Positions 1 to 11,829 of a stretch of 64,000 nt of DNA are shown here, piece by piece. The translations under genes were made by a program, and so were the position numbers. Numbering within the stretch: position 1 is the stretch's first letter; each line of letters starts with the position of its first letter. Source of the DNA: Gordius albopunctatus (Eukaryota); contig OZ193909.1 in NCBI GenBank assembly GCA_964276515.1, positions 7,564,001 through 7,628,000 on the forward strand, written 5' to 3'. The notes below the pieces were generated by a model that saw nothing but the letters and a program-made list of their open reading frames with translations, had not been told where the DNA came from and did no database searches.

Positions 1-55
1 CGTACATCAATGGCCATCATAGTATATGACCCTGTGCTGTGCGTGATTTTTTAAG

Positions 56-3000
56 GTGGTGCCTCTTTCCACCATCCACGCCTAAGCAATTGTTGAAGGT
101 TAAATCGGCGGAGAGTAAGAAGAGTAAGGGCGAAGCCATAACCTGGTTCGACATCATATACCCGCGCACAAAACGACCTGATTGGCCCGCACAATACCCA
201 CGGGTAAGGGATCTTGTGCTTTTATTTCATCAATGATTTTCTATCTCGTCGAGTATTTCTGTTTCGCCAACACCTTTGTTTGTAAATTGCTCGAGTTTTT
301 ACTACCACCTCCCTTTCCTTTTCCCAAAGAAAACTTCTACTTTTATATATTAAGTGAAATTTGTTCCAAAAACGACTTTGGGCAATTTATATCTATCGAT
401 TTTTTGATCAACGACACTTTTGCCAGTTGAAATAGGGATCTTTATGGCAATGACCATAACGCTTTGCATATTATCTTAAGCTTGGGTTTTAATAAAAACT
501 TTAGTCTTGATTATATAATCATACATTAAACGAGTTACTCGCTTCTCCCTCGAGCAAACTTTTTATTAACATTAATTTATCGCGGGGATCGTGATATTTT
601 AAATTCATAAGAACCTTCACTCAAGCCGAGCCCTACTAACCTTTGGTTAAATAAAAAAGGTTAGAACTAATTTGTTGTTAATAATAACTTCTCTTTAATT
701 ACTATGCATTTATATCTAAAGATGGAAATTTTGCAAAAACCGGGCGAAACCGTTTTCGTACCTTCGGGGTGGTGGCACGTCGTTATCAATTTGGATTTCA
801 CGGTGGCCGTAACGCAAAATTTTGCTAGCACCACAAATTTTCCAATCGTTTGGGTCAAGACTGTCCGAGGTCGACCTCGCCTATCCAAAAAGTGGTACGA
901 ATCGCTGAAGGTCAGTCAATGACATTTTTATAATTATGAAATTGCTTTGCGGTCACGGCCTTTACTTATTAACATCTTTTCACCTATATTTTTAAATTTC
1001 TAAAAAGACCTCGGCTATGTTTAGTCCACCCTTGATTTACCTAAACCTAACGGTCGAATTAAGACCAAAATGATCTGGCCTGTTTTTCAAATTTAAAGAA
1101 ACCTAGAGGCCCTCTAAGACTAACGGCTGACTTATCAATGATAGACCAAAATCATCTGGTCAGTTTTTCTATTTTTGACGAAGCCTAGAGTTGACTAAAC
1201 AAAACCCAGGCCTTTTTAAAACACTGCTATAATCTTTAAACGTTTCGATAATATTTTTACTTACAAAATACGTATGAAGCTTTTTAACGAATATTTTTTT
1301 TACATTAAAAGTTTATTTGTTAAAAAATCCGTTGTCATTAATATAAAATAGATACATAAAATACACATATAACAAAATGAAATATAAACTATTCTCTATA
1401 TCATCGTGTTATTACAATTTGTTACCATTTATGATCCTTTATGAGGCGGTCAATAGTATTGGCCGACTCTAGTGTTATAAAAACGACTTGGTTTTGTTGG
1501 TCGACCTTTGGTCTTAGTCGCATAAACAACAGATCAAAGATGATTTGTTGGTCAAACCTTTGGTCTGTTCATGGGTGTAGCTAGCATTGAAATTAGAGAG
1601 GGGCAACAATGATTTAGGGACGGACAAAATTACCTTTTTTTGAAATTTTAGCCATGATTTGCATAAATTTCAACAATTTTTTGAATTTAGAGGACTGTCC
1701 CCAGCTACGCCCATGGGTCTGTTTATGTTTAGTCGACTGAAAGCAAAGATCAACCAAACCTTATGATCTACTTAATTTCCCAGTATTAGAATTGTCTAAA
1801 AATATTGTCCATAGCTAATATGAACGAGCATTTACACTTTTACGTTTGGAAAAATGGATGATCCTAATGCAGGCTTACCGCCCGGATTTGGCGGCTATCG
1901 CTGACGAAATAGATCGTAGACCGGATAGGGGGCTGTCTTTGCTGAGCATTCAATCGGACGCCAGCTATTCTTCGTCATCTTCATCTAGCAGTAGCAGCAG
2001 TAGCGAGGATAGAACCAGTCGGAGTTCTTCCGTCTCGTCCACGCGCAGCGATGGAACATCTCTCAATAGCGGATTAGTCAATGGTTAGTATTACTCTTTT
2101 TAAAATCTCCTGATAAATGCTGTTTTAAGTCACTTTTGGATCCTTCCACCTTTTTAATTTCTTGTCAATAATTGATTTCTAGTTCATTCTAGTTAAAAAT
2201 TATAGTGAGTTTTTAACTCAGAATGTAATAAAATTGGCTAAAATAGCGCGTATTAACGAGATTTGTCGTGCTAAATGGTTGGTAATAGAGTCTACCTATG
2301 GCTGTGAGATTTTGGGTTCGATTTTATTTTATTTTCGAATGGAGCTTGTGTTGCAAATGTAGACCTGGAGCCATTACTTGTGCCTTAAATTTTTGCCTAC
2401 TTTCCTCAGAAATTAAATTTTATTAATTCTTTTTCTCGGTGGAGCTGTTAGGCCATTACTATTTAATAAAACTAATAATTTACAATTAATTTAGGGCATT
2501 AATTTAGGCACGAAGCAAATATATATTAATCGCTTTAACTGGTTAATTGTTCCTATCCCTAACACGATTTTGATTTATAAAAGAATAAATATTTATTTTG
2601 TTATCAAAATAATGAATAACATTTTGTAAATTTATTACCCTTTGGATAATATAAAATTCTAATTATTTTACTAAACTTTTATACAAGTCATAGTATTGGC
2701 GATCGTTGCTAAGTTTATGACGGGTTGCTTTTGCCACGTGTAATAAAACTAAGATGAAGCGGAGGGAGGTATTAACATGGACCTGCCCATTTGCTTTTGC
2801 ACTGTTTATTCTTTATTTTTAAATTTGCAAAACAATCATTTTTCTTTTTTATTTAAATACTTCATCTGTCCCTCGCGCTTAGGTCACAATCAGCGTTGGG
2901 TCAAGAAGAACGGTTCCAACCTAGAAGCCGCTCCAATTGCTAACGGTGGCTCTACAACAGTCAGCAATGGCACGAGGAGGAGAAAAAGGACGAGAAAAAT

Positions 3001-3283
3001 TTCCAACGTCCTAGCTAACGGCATCCACCAAAATGGAACGACCGCGGCCTCGGGTTTTAACAAAGAAACCACGGTCTCGTCATCTAACGATGGTCATTTG
3101 TCGCCTCGCTCTAACAACAACATTAACCATTCTAAATCTGGGGGTGTTAATTCTCGAAAGCGAGACACGCCTCCTTCCTTATCTTCCTACTCCTCTTCTT
3201 CAGGCACTTCTTCGTCCGAATATTCTCGGTTAGAATCTAGTTTTTTTAGCTCAAAACACTCGTCCTGTGAGCTATTATGTTGA
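56..3283 (+). CDS. JMJD6: JMJD6 (JmjC arginine demethylase/lysyl hydroxylase, PSR), 3' portion; 5' exons lie outside the window
   Basis: Exons 56-203, 722-910, 1873-2083 and 2883-3283 splice in frame at GT-AG. Peptides [60 protein letters not shown] and the following poly-Ser tract match JMJD6. The 3' end is uncertain: a GTGAGC donor at 3267 may lead to further exons. Confidence 0.93.
1570..1715. mobile_element. hAT-type MITE in a JMJD6 intron
   Basis: TIR CATGGGTGTAGC...GCTACGCCCATG with perfect 8-bp TSD GGTCTGTT (1562-1569, 1716-1723). Nested in another repeat beginning CTAGTGTTATAAAAAC at ~1469. Confidence 0.8.
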
Positions 3284-6200
3284 CCACGGTTTTTGGGTCT
3301 TATTATTATACAGTATTTATACCGATCTTTAAACTCGCTCGCATCTCCAATTTTGCTACTTAATAAATAATTCATACGAAGGAAACTCCACTCTTAGGTT
3401 GTACGATTTATACTCCATTCGTCCTGGCCCCTTGGGCCCTAATTATCGCCACAGCTTAATTAATCTATCATGAGGTTGTTTTGCAGGAATTTTTAAATTT
3501 ACCTAAAATAATACTTTTACCCATTTTAAAGACGGACTGAAGTTTTTGTACATGTCAATATAATACCCTAAAAATGATTTATGATTTAGAGTTGATTCTC
3601 GCTTATCCCGCGGTTCTAGTCGTTCAAGGCGAACGCGACGTCGAAGGCGCTGTTCTTGTAACGAATGCTTCCCTCCCGCTGCAGTAAGCGTACAAGCGAA
3701 TAATCTTAGCCAAAAGTCGGACGAAGTCAAAAGTATCAGGGATAGAAGTAATTATATGTGCCTAAATTCGACAAATCTTTAGTTGCTACGATAGTTGACA
3801 TAGACTTCTTATCCACACTAAAAACTTGCGACAATAAATAAACGGCAAAATTTTAGTAAATCCTGATGATTACAATATATGTGATCCGATAAATTAAACA
3901 AATTTTTGTTAGTATAAATTTTACCAAAAATTGTTTTAAGTGTTAATAATTTTAACAAGTCTCACATCATTTTAAGCAATATTACTCAAGAATACTATGA
4001 AAATGGTGTGGCATTCTTATGTAATTAAATATTAATAATCTTTCGGAAAATTTTGACAGGCCTAGGTCCTCTCTTCTAATAATGTCTCACTCTCAACAAA
4101 ACGGGGGATAACTAAATTTTGTTATTTTATACGTTGTAGTATAATTTAAAATACAAATTTCATTGTAATTTAAGTTATATTATCAAATGTTATCAAATAA
4201 AACTTTAATTAGTTCACTCCTAAACTTATTATTAATATATTAATTTAACTATCATTTAATATTACAAAAAAATAAGGGAGAGAGTTGATTTGACAATAAT
4301 TTTCGAAATCGTTGGGTATGTTGTATAAGAATATTGACCTTAGCTCACCTAACCTAAAGGTTTAGGCTAGCGCTATTTGTCCACCTGATGGCGTTTAGTC
4401 TAATTTTCGCTATGGCTCTTCTTTTTTTGATCTTGAGACAAACCAGTTATGCATGGGTACCACTCCTGCTTTTATTATAAATCAAGCTTCTATGTGGATT
4501 ATTAATCAATGCCTTGGCTAATAAGTTGGGTGTTCATGAGACCTTGAAGGTCTACCATAAACCTTTAACCCCTAGCCTTAGGCTGATCTTGGCACCACCC
4601 ACACCTCGGTTTTCCCCATCACTACCCTAGTGTTGTAAATTTTGAGATTAAAAATATATATATATTACACATATCGCCTTTTGACTGGCTGACGAGTACG
4701 CTATTTCCAAAATGATCCGTTGTGTATACTCCACTCTGTGTGTAACCTTAAGGCATCTTTCATCGTTAAAGCATCAATATGCATAGTATTTAAAGTGCTA
4801 ACCTACGTGTTGGTTTATTATGCATAGTGAGGGAAGCGGAGGAAGAAGCCAAAAGGTTTAGGGAAACTGGGAGAAACGGTGTACATGAAACCGTCAAACC
4901 AAATGGAAACGGATCCATATATAAGAATGGCTACCATTGAGGTATTCCATTAATAAAAGTTGTTTCTAATTTAGGCATGAAGACTTTTAGATTTTTATAT
5001 AACATTTTAAATAGGTTGTTTAGTTTGACAGAATTTATACAATAAGTCGATTAGTGTGTTTCTCGGCAAATAATGTTATTTCGGCTCCAGTTGTTGTTGC
5101 GCTTAAGAAGCATAGAAAGGCTTTGATGGCGAGATGTTTGTCTTGTAGATAATTAATTTTTGTACGTATAATCTTTAAATTATAGATAAGTGAGCTAACA
5201 ATACGAATATTTTAGAAGCAAAAATTGAGATCGGTGAGACTACATTAGTCAATTTTTTAAAATATATAATAGCTTGACCTTGGATTTAAAGGATATTAAT
5301 GCCCTGTGTTAATAATAATAATTAGAGTTATTTTGATGTTAGAAGAATAGGGTTGAAGCATTCTTTAAATTAAATGTAATTATGTCTATTATATTTGTCA
5401 TCGCGCAATTTAGTTACCGTTAGAAAAAGTTAAAAAGCACAAATTAGTGTTAGTGTGTATATTTTTTTGTTTTACTAAGATTTTGCATTATGACCATTTG
5501 TCCCAAAACAATTTTAATATTTCCAAAAACGTTAAAATACTGCACTGTTTTCGACAAATTTGAATAGATTCATTAATTTTCGTTATAAATATTGTATATT
5601 CACATAACATTTTTATTACATAAATTTATTTTGTTAAAATCTTTGTAGATGTTGATTGAAAAAATCATACAGCAGCAAATTGTGGCACCTTTGTCATCAA
5701 GTTTTAGTGGGACAGTTAGCAAAATGTATATATATATATATTCGATAATCAATTTGTCCTCATTTCATTAAACACCATTGATTATGTTAGTCAAACGCCG
5801 AGTGTAATGTATTTTGAACAGATAGTGTTTGTAATTTATTTTTGCTTTTCCCTTCAAATCATTGTATTAAATTTGGGAATACCAATAAAGTCTCAACTAT
5901 AATGTGAATTTGATTTTAGAAATTAAATTTTCATCACTTTTAATATTTTTTTGAGATGCTTTACACATGGTGCATTAAATTTTTATGGTAGTTTAATTAG
6001 ATATACAGCATTGATTTAATTTATTAAATGCTTATTTAAAGTAAATTGTTGTCATGATTAACCAAATTTATCAAAATGTAATTAACATGCCATAAGGGGC
6101 ACATCTTTTGTCATGAAACTTCAATTTTCATATTTTTGTTGACTTAATTTCTAATCCTTAACTCATTTTAACACAGTCATTTTGCCAATATTTTAATCCT

Positions 6201-6456
6201 TTTATTTCTAATTTTAAATAGTTATGAAATTTGCTACTAATTTATCAATACAATATATCGCTACCTGAGAATTGGAGTGCTCTATCTGCACAAAACTTAA
6301 AATAGAGATAATTGAGTTCTAAGTTTAAATGTTATAAAATCTAAATTTATTATTAACATGGATTCCTTTTAATTTCTTAATAATATAGGACTGTTTTAAG
6401 TTTAGATAGAGCATAACTCTAAATTTTTTGCCGTTTCATATAGCTACTTTGCTCTA

Positions 6457-6713
6457 CAGGCGCGTAGCCAGGATTTTCTCAAGGGGGAAGAAAAATTCAA
6501 AAAAAATTTCGACACTTTTATTTATAATATAACAAGTAAACTTCGCTTACAATATATGCGAAACTCCAAGTCGCTATATAAACAGCTTTGGAAAAATCTG
6601 CTCTCTTCATTAATCAGAGCATTTACTATCGATTTTAAACCTTAAAAAAGGACATGGACCTTCAAAAAAAATTTCAAATTTTGGTCAAGGGGGCAGAAAG
6701 GCTAACGCGCCTG
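6457..6713. mobile_element. MITE
   Basis: Imperfect TIR CAGGCGCGTAGCC...GGCTAACGCGCCTG with a degenerate 8-bp flank repeat (TTGCTCTA/TTGCACCA). Confidence 0.55.
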
Positions 6714-7931
6714 TTGCACCATCATTGCAAGTTTAAAGGTTTAAATAAATATGAGATTACTAATTATGACTATATTACTACAAAAACTAAAATTTATTTA
6801 ATATTATAAAAAAAAATTGTGGTAAATTGGAGTTGTGTACCACACTATTATATTATATTAAAATCCAATACTTTTAAGGGCATAAATGTGTATAATTAAG
6901 TTTCCTAAACAATCATAATGATTTAGATACTTTATACAGTTAAAAATATTTGCTAAGGCCAATTTGTAGCAATAAAACTATGTACAATATAAAATTTATT
7001 AATTATAAAGTAAATATTTAATACAAAATAATATCAAAGAGAAGTACAAATAATTATATTGATTTTTTAAACAATAGCTCCATTGAAACCTTACCTATTG
7101 ATAATCATAAATATTCCCCATTATAAATTAATTTTATTGTGTGTCTTTGTATCTCTCGCAAAAGTTTTATTTTTTGGCCATAACAATCATCTTTTTCATA
7201 AAGTAATAATGTACAAAGCCTAAAATTCTTAGTACTCATTATTGTATTAACAAAAGGTGCATTGTATTTGTTTGATCGCAACCATGGAATTTTTTTAAAA
7301 ATTTTTTATCTTAAAATTTTTGTAAAAGTTAGGGCTATATTTAAGTCTTTATCCGAAATAGTTTTTATTTTATTTTTGTCATACCACAGTTATAAAGTAA
7401 TTGTAAGGACAATATGCAAAATAAAATTTAAAGGCAGATGATTTATTCACATAAACAATTCTAGAAAGAATTGAAATTTGAAAATAGAGCCAAATAAGAA
7501 CCTTAATAGAAAAGTCAAAAAAATATCCTTGTTTAAATGGTTCATCATAAAAATATATAAAATTCTATGGAATAGCTATTTAATCTCATGACTTTCAAAA
7601 AAATGCAGATAGAGCACTCCAAATCTCAGGTGAAATTTTTTAAAAATATACTAAAATCAGGGTTAACACAAGTAACAAATAAGTTTAAAATTAATAAAAT
7701 ATTTATAAGTTGAAAATTATAAATAGTTTAGTTACTATTATAAAAATTTACTAATACAATTGTTATTAAAAGTTTCATAACTGTAGATTCAAAATGAATG
7801 TCATAATTCTTATGGTAATTTTAAAAATTTAATGTAACAAAGATTAAACCCAACAATTTCACATGTACTATTCATTTATTTATAAGTTTGTAACTTATAG
7901 TTAAAATAAATTGTAACAAAAACATGTTTGG

Positions 7932-8526
7932 TTAAATGCCAATTATTTCTTTTATATCTGTTTCAGTATAATTCTTGATGTCCTTGTTTCTTGAATGCTT
8001 GGTATATCTAAAATATAACATTTAATAACTATAATCTCAGCAACAAAAATAATTGATTTTTAGTTGAATTATATTTTTTCATATGCAAAAAAACAATGAT
8101 ACATACCTGTGTTTGCTCTTTATTTTTTTGGTAATCTGTGCAACTTCTTTCTCTAATGTTTGTTCAATGGGTTTGTTGCATGATTTATTATATTGCTGGT
8201 TCAATGTAGTTAATAAATTATCAAAATCGTCATTTAAGACCGGTAAATGTCCATTTTGATTTATTTGATAACCCAGACCTAAAATAATATAATACACCAT
8301 CTAAAAAACACACCTCTCGTTTCTATCTGATATTTTAATTTGATGCACTCTTTTATACCGTTACCTTTAGAACCCAAACTCTGACCATTTTTCCATCCCA
8401 TTTTCTTTATTAGCTTTTCGCCTAGCGGACATGACTCTTAGGTGAAAATATAAATTAAATAAACTAACTATTACCAATAAACGAATTTTGCGTAGGCTGC
8501 AAAATATACCGATTTTTAACTTTCAT
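7932..8526 (-). CDS. PINX1: PinX1/Gno1-like G-patch protein, ~142 aa, 4 exons
   Basis: Exons 8526-8469, 8436-8314, 8278-8107 and 8007-7932 total 429 nt in frame. G-patch LGEKLIKKMGWKNGQSLGSKGNGI..ETRGLGY is followed by the PinX1-like motifs DDFDNLLTTLN and RYTKHSRNKDIKNYTETDIKEIIG. The first donor could instead be 6 nt upstream (GTAATA). Confidence 0.85.
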
Positions 8527-11500
8527 AAGGTAAGCTGCCAATGGTATAAAACAACATCGTATAAAAATGAATGGACTAAGGGCTATCGTGATATATCTAA
8601 GCAAAGTTTCAAATAAAACGAAAACTAGACACAAGTTTTGTGACAGAGACTAGCTACTTCAGGCAGGAGCAGCTTGACGTTATGTAGTATGTGCGTGTCG
8701 GGATGTTGAGATGTACCAATTAATGTAATAAGTGTTTTATTAAATATCCAAATAAAAGAGCAAGTGTCTTTTGAGAAAAATAAGTGCGTTTATATAATCG
8801 CGCATTAATTGAATAAACAATTAAATTTAGTGTTGAGTCGTCGAGGTGTTTGTGATTGGTCAATTAACGTTGCGAGGTAATGGACGCAACGCTACATGCG
8901 TTTTGCAGCCTATTTTTTAATGGCACAATAAGCCCTTTAAATGTAAGGGTTGAAAATATTATTAAGATAAATTAGTAATTATAAAAAATAATAAATTTCA
9001 GTGTGAAGCAGGTGATTTTGATTATTTAAAATAATTCAGCATATACATATGCGCAACAATTTTATTACTATTGTTTCTTTATAACATTTTAATGATATTT
9101 AATTGTACTTGTTTTTAAAAAGTGGTAAGGTTGGAGTGATAAAATGAGTAGGGAGGATGGGATATGCTATTTCGTATAATAATGGCTCCTTTTCAAGAAA
9201 CAAAATAAAAAGCGGATAGCTATAACTTTGTTGTATTGTAATATAAACTTTTCAAATTTTAAAAGCATAATACTACAACTCTTATCTATAAATTGATATA
9301 TTCCTTTTTTATATTTGAACAAGGGGTTATAATTTTATAATTAAAATCAGTGCAACCCCCAAAATTTTCCCCTATGTGACTATATTTATTCAAAACAATT
9401 TTTTCCCCTTCAATTCCATAATTTAATTTATAAGATCATATTAAATAAGGTTGGAGCTAAAACTATGAAAAATTTGGCATAAAAAAACCTTAAAAAAATA
9501 ATAGAGATGTCCAAACTTAGGGAATTTTTGTCCCTACATTTTTTAAGGTAAAAAGTTACTACTGTTCTAATTTTTGGACTTCACTTAAATTTTTTTAATA
9601 GAAATACATTATAGAAGGTTAGAATTAAGAATAGAAAAAAAATCTAATCGTAAAATCTTAAAACAAAAATTTTATTAGGATCTAAAAATAGTGAATTTTG
9701 TGTAAAAAATGAGATTTCCTACATGTTTTGTTAGTTTAAAACAGAGTTGTTAAACGCACTTCAAAAACCGGTGCCGCACTCGCACCCGCACATAAAATTT
9801 GATTGCACTATAACAAAACAAAATATAGGTTAGATTATTTTTATTGTCTATCGATAGTAACCAATTTTCCGCCTTGTTATCTTCTCCACCGGGAACATAG
9901 ATGTATGTTATATATAGTGAATCAGTAGAAATTTAATTTGTGAAATATGCGATATAATACAATTTCGAATAAATTCATAAATTGTAAAACTCTTAATGTG
10001 CGCAAAACAGGAGCTCAATTGCGCACCCGCACCGACTTAATCAGGTGCGCGCACCCGTTCACGCTCTTCGTTATAAAAAGTGCGCGCACCAGCACGTCGC
10101 ACCGCAAATCTGGTGCCCGCAAAGTTTTCTACTCTTATTGATACATTTTTTTAATAAAGATTATGTAGGGCTATAAAAACAGTCAATTTTTCATAAAATG
10201 ACACTTCATACACATATGAAATAAAATGACACTTCATACACATATGAAATATCAAATATGATTTGTTTTAAATTAACAAAAAAATTTTAATTCAGTTACT
10301 TTATAAACAGACATATTAGTTTATTAATCTGATTTTTTAGTCTATTTAATCTTAAGCTACAATAATATTTACTATATGGTATAAACTCCTCAAACTAATA
10401 TAACTTCATATAATGTTATATTTTTATATTTATATACCATTTCCACACAAAAATAATATATATAGCACTTTTTAATATTAGACATTTTGAAATATCTAAA
10501 TGCACAGGAAAATTTACACAAATGAGCACTTTGAAATACCACGAGGAAAAATAAACATGTTAAAATCTATGTTTAAAATATAAATATCTCAAATAAAATA
10601 AAATTTTTATAAAAAATTTCTTTACAAATAGGTTAAGAATAATGGTTTTTGATAATAAATAAATAAAAATATATATTGAAATTTTTGTTTGTTCATATTT
10701 TGGAAGGTGGGGTCCTGGAGGACCCTGGGCATCTAAAAAACTCTATATCTTAAAAACTATTGGATTAAAACAAACCAAAATCTGCAGAGATATTCTAGGA
10801 TAATATTTTATTAAGCTTATGAAAAAATGAAATTATAACAATCACTAACCTAATTTGTACAACATTTATAAACCGCTTGGGGTTTTATTGACCCCACCTA
10901 GCCAACTGAGTGTTAAATTACAAATAAAAATAATAGCAATCTATCTTTACTCTTGTTTACAACAAATATAATTACAATGGGTTTAAAGTAAACAGTTTTA
11001 TTAACCCTCGAAAGTACTTATGACTCCATCCTGTTCAGACTTATGGGGTAGATCAAACGCCATTCTTAAAATAATTATAACTGTACCACCAATATAGGAA
11101 AACTTCCCAAATTTTATATGTAGGTTTATTAAAGTCTCTTCTAGGTACTTGTAACTTGATTATAACTAGTAGTTTAAAAATTATATGCTATTTTTAAAGA
11201 ATATTTACATAAATCCAACGGCTATCTTTTTTTTGTCAGGGAAACCATACAGATATTAAAAATTTTAAAGGCAAATGTTTTTTTATTAAAAGAAGGTTCA
11301 AAAAAATGAAAAACATGCATTTGAAATAAAATTATTATATAGAAAAAATAGAAATTTTTATAAAATGGTCATTTTTACGTTTGTTACTAACTTTAGAACC
11401 CACTGACTGAAAGCTTGACATATAAATCTAAGTTCTGTGTATATAAAGTTTTTATTGCCTATAGGTCTGATAGAAGCTATCAACAGCCTAATACAAAAAT

Positions 11501-11829
11501 TACTAAAAATAGTCCGAAAAAAGTTTAAATAACTATTAAAATGTTATATACCTGTTTAGATTACTTTTTTAAGGAAAAATAAAAATTTTGGAAAAAACTT
11601 TCCTAACACGCAAACGCTTATACAAAATTATTGAGGCAAAACACATTAAATGTTCAGTACATATAGCATTTGCTAAATTATTACAATACTGTAAAAACCA
11701 AAGTTTTAAATTTTAAACAGGTTAAATGATATTAAATTTAAACTTTCATGAGGTTTCTCTCACCCCATAAGTACTCTCAAGGGTTATAATATTCAAGCTC
11801 TAAATTATTTAATTTTTTAAGCAATTCAG

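Noticed and set aside
3590..3683. GC-rich Arg-rich segment ending in GTAAGC, a possible extra JMJD6 exon (ORF 3503-3730 on the minus strand)
   Set aside because: No convincing phase-consistent splice path and no recognisable homology.
4827..4940. Purine-rich exon-like stretch (REAEEEAKRFRE..NGYH*)
   Set aside because: Plausible terminal exon but could not be linked in frame to any gene.
6263..7631. 28-bp inverted repeat pair (ACCTGAGAATTGGAGTGCTCTATCTGCA)
   Set aside because: Probably subterminal repeats of a decayed DNA transposon; no termini or TSD definable.
10194..10250. 28-bp tandem duplication
   Set aside because: Simple slippage duplicate in AT-rich DNA.
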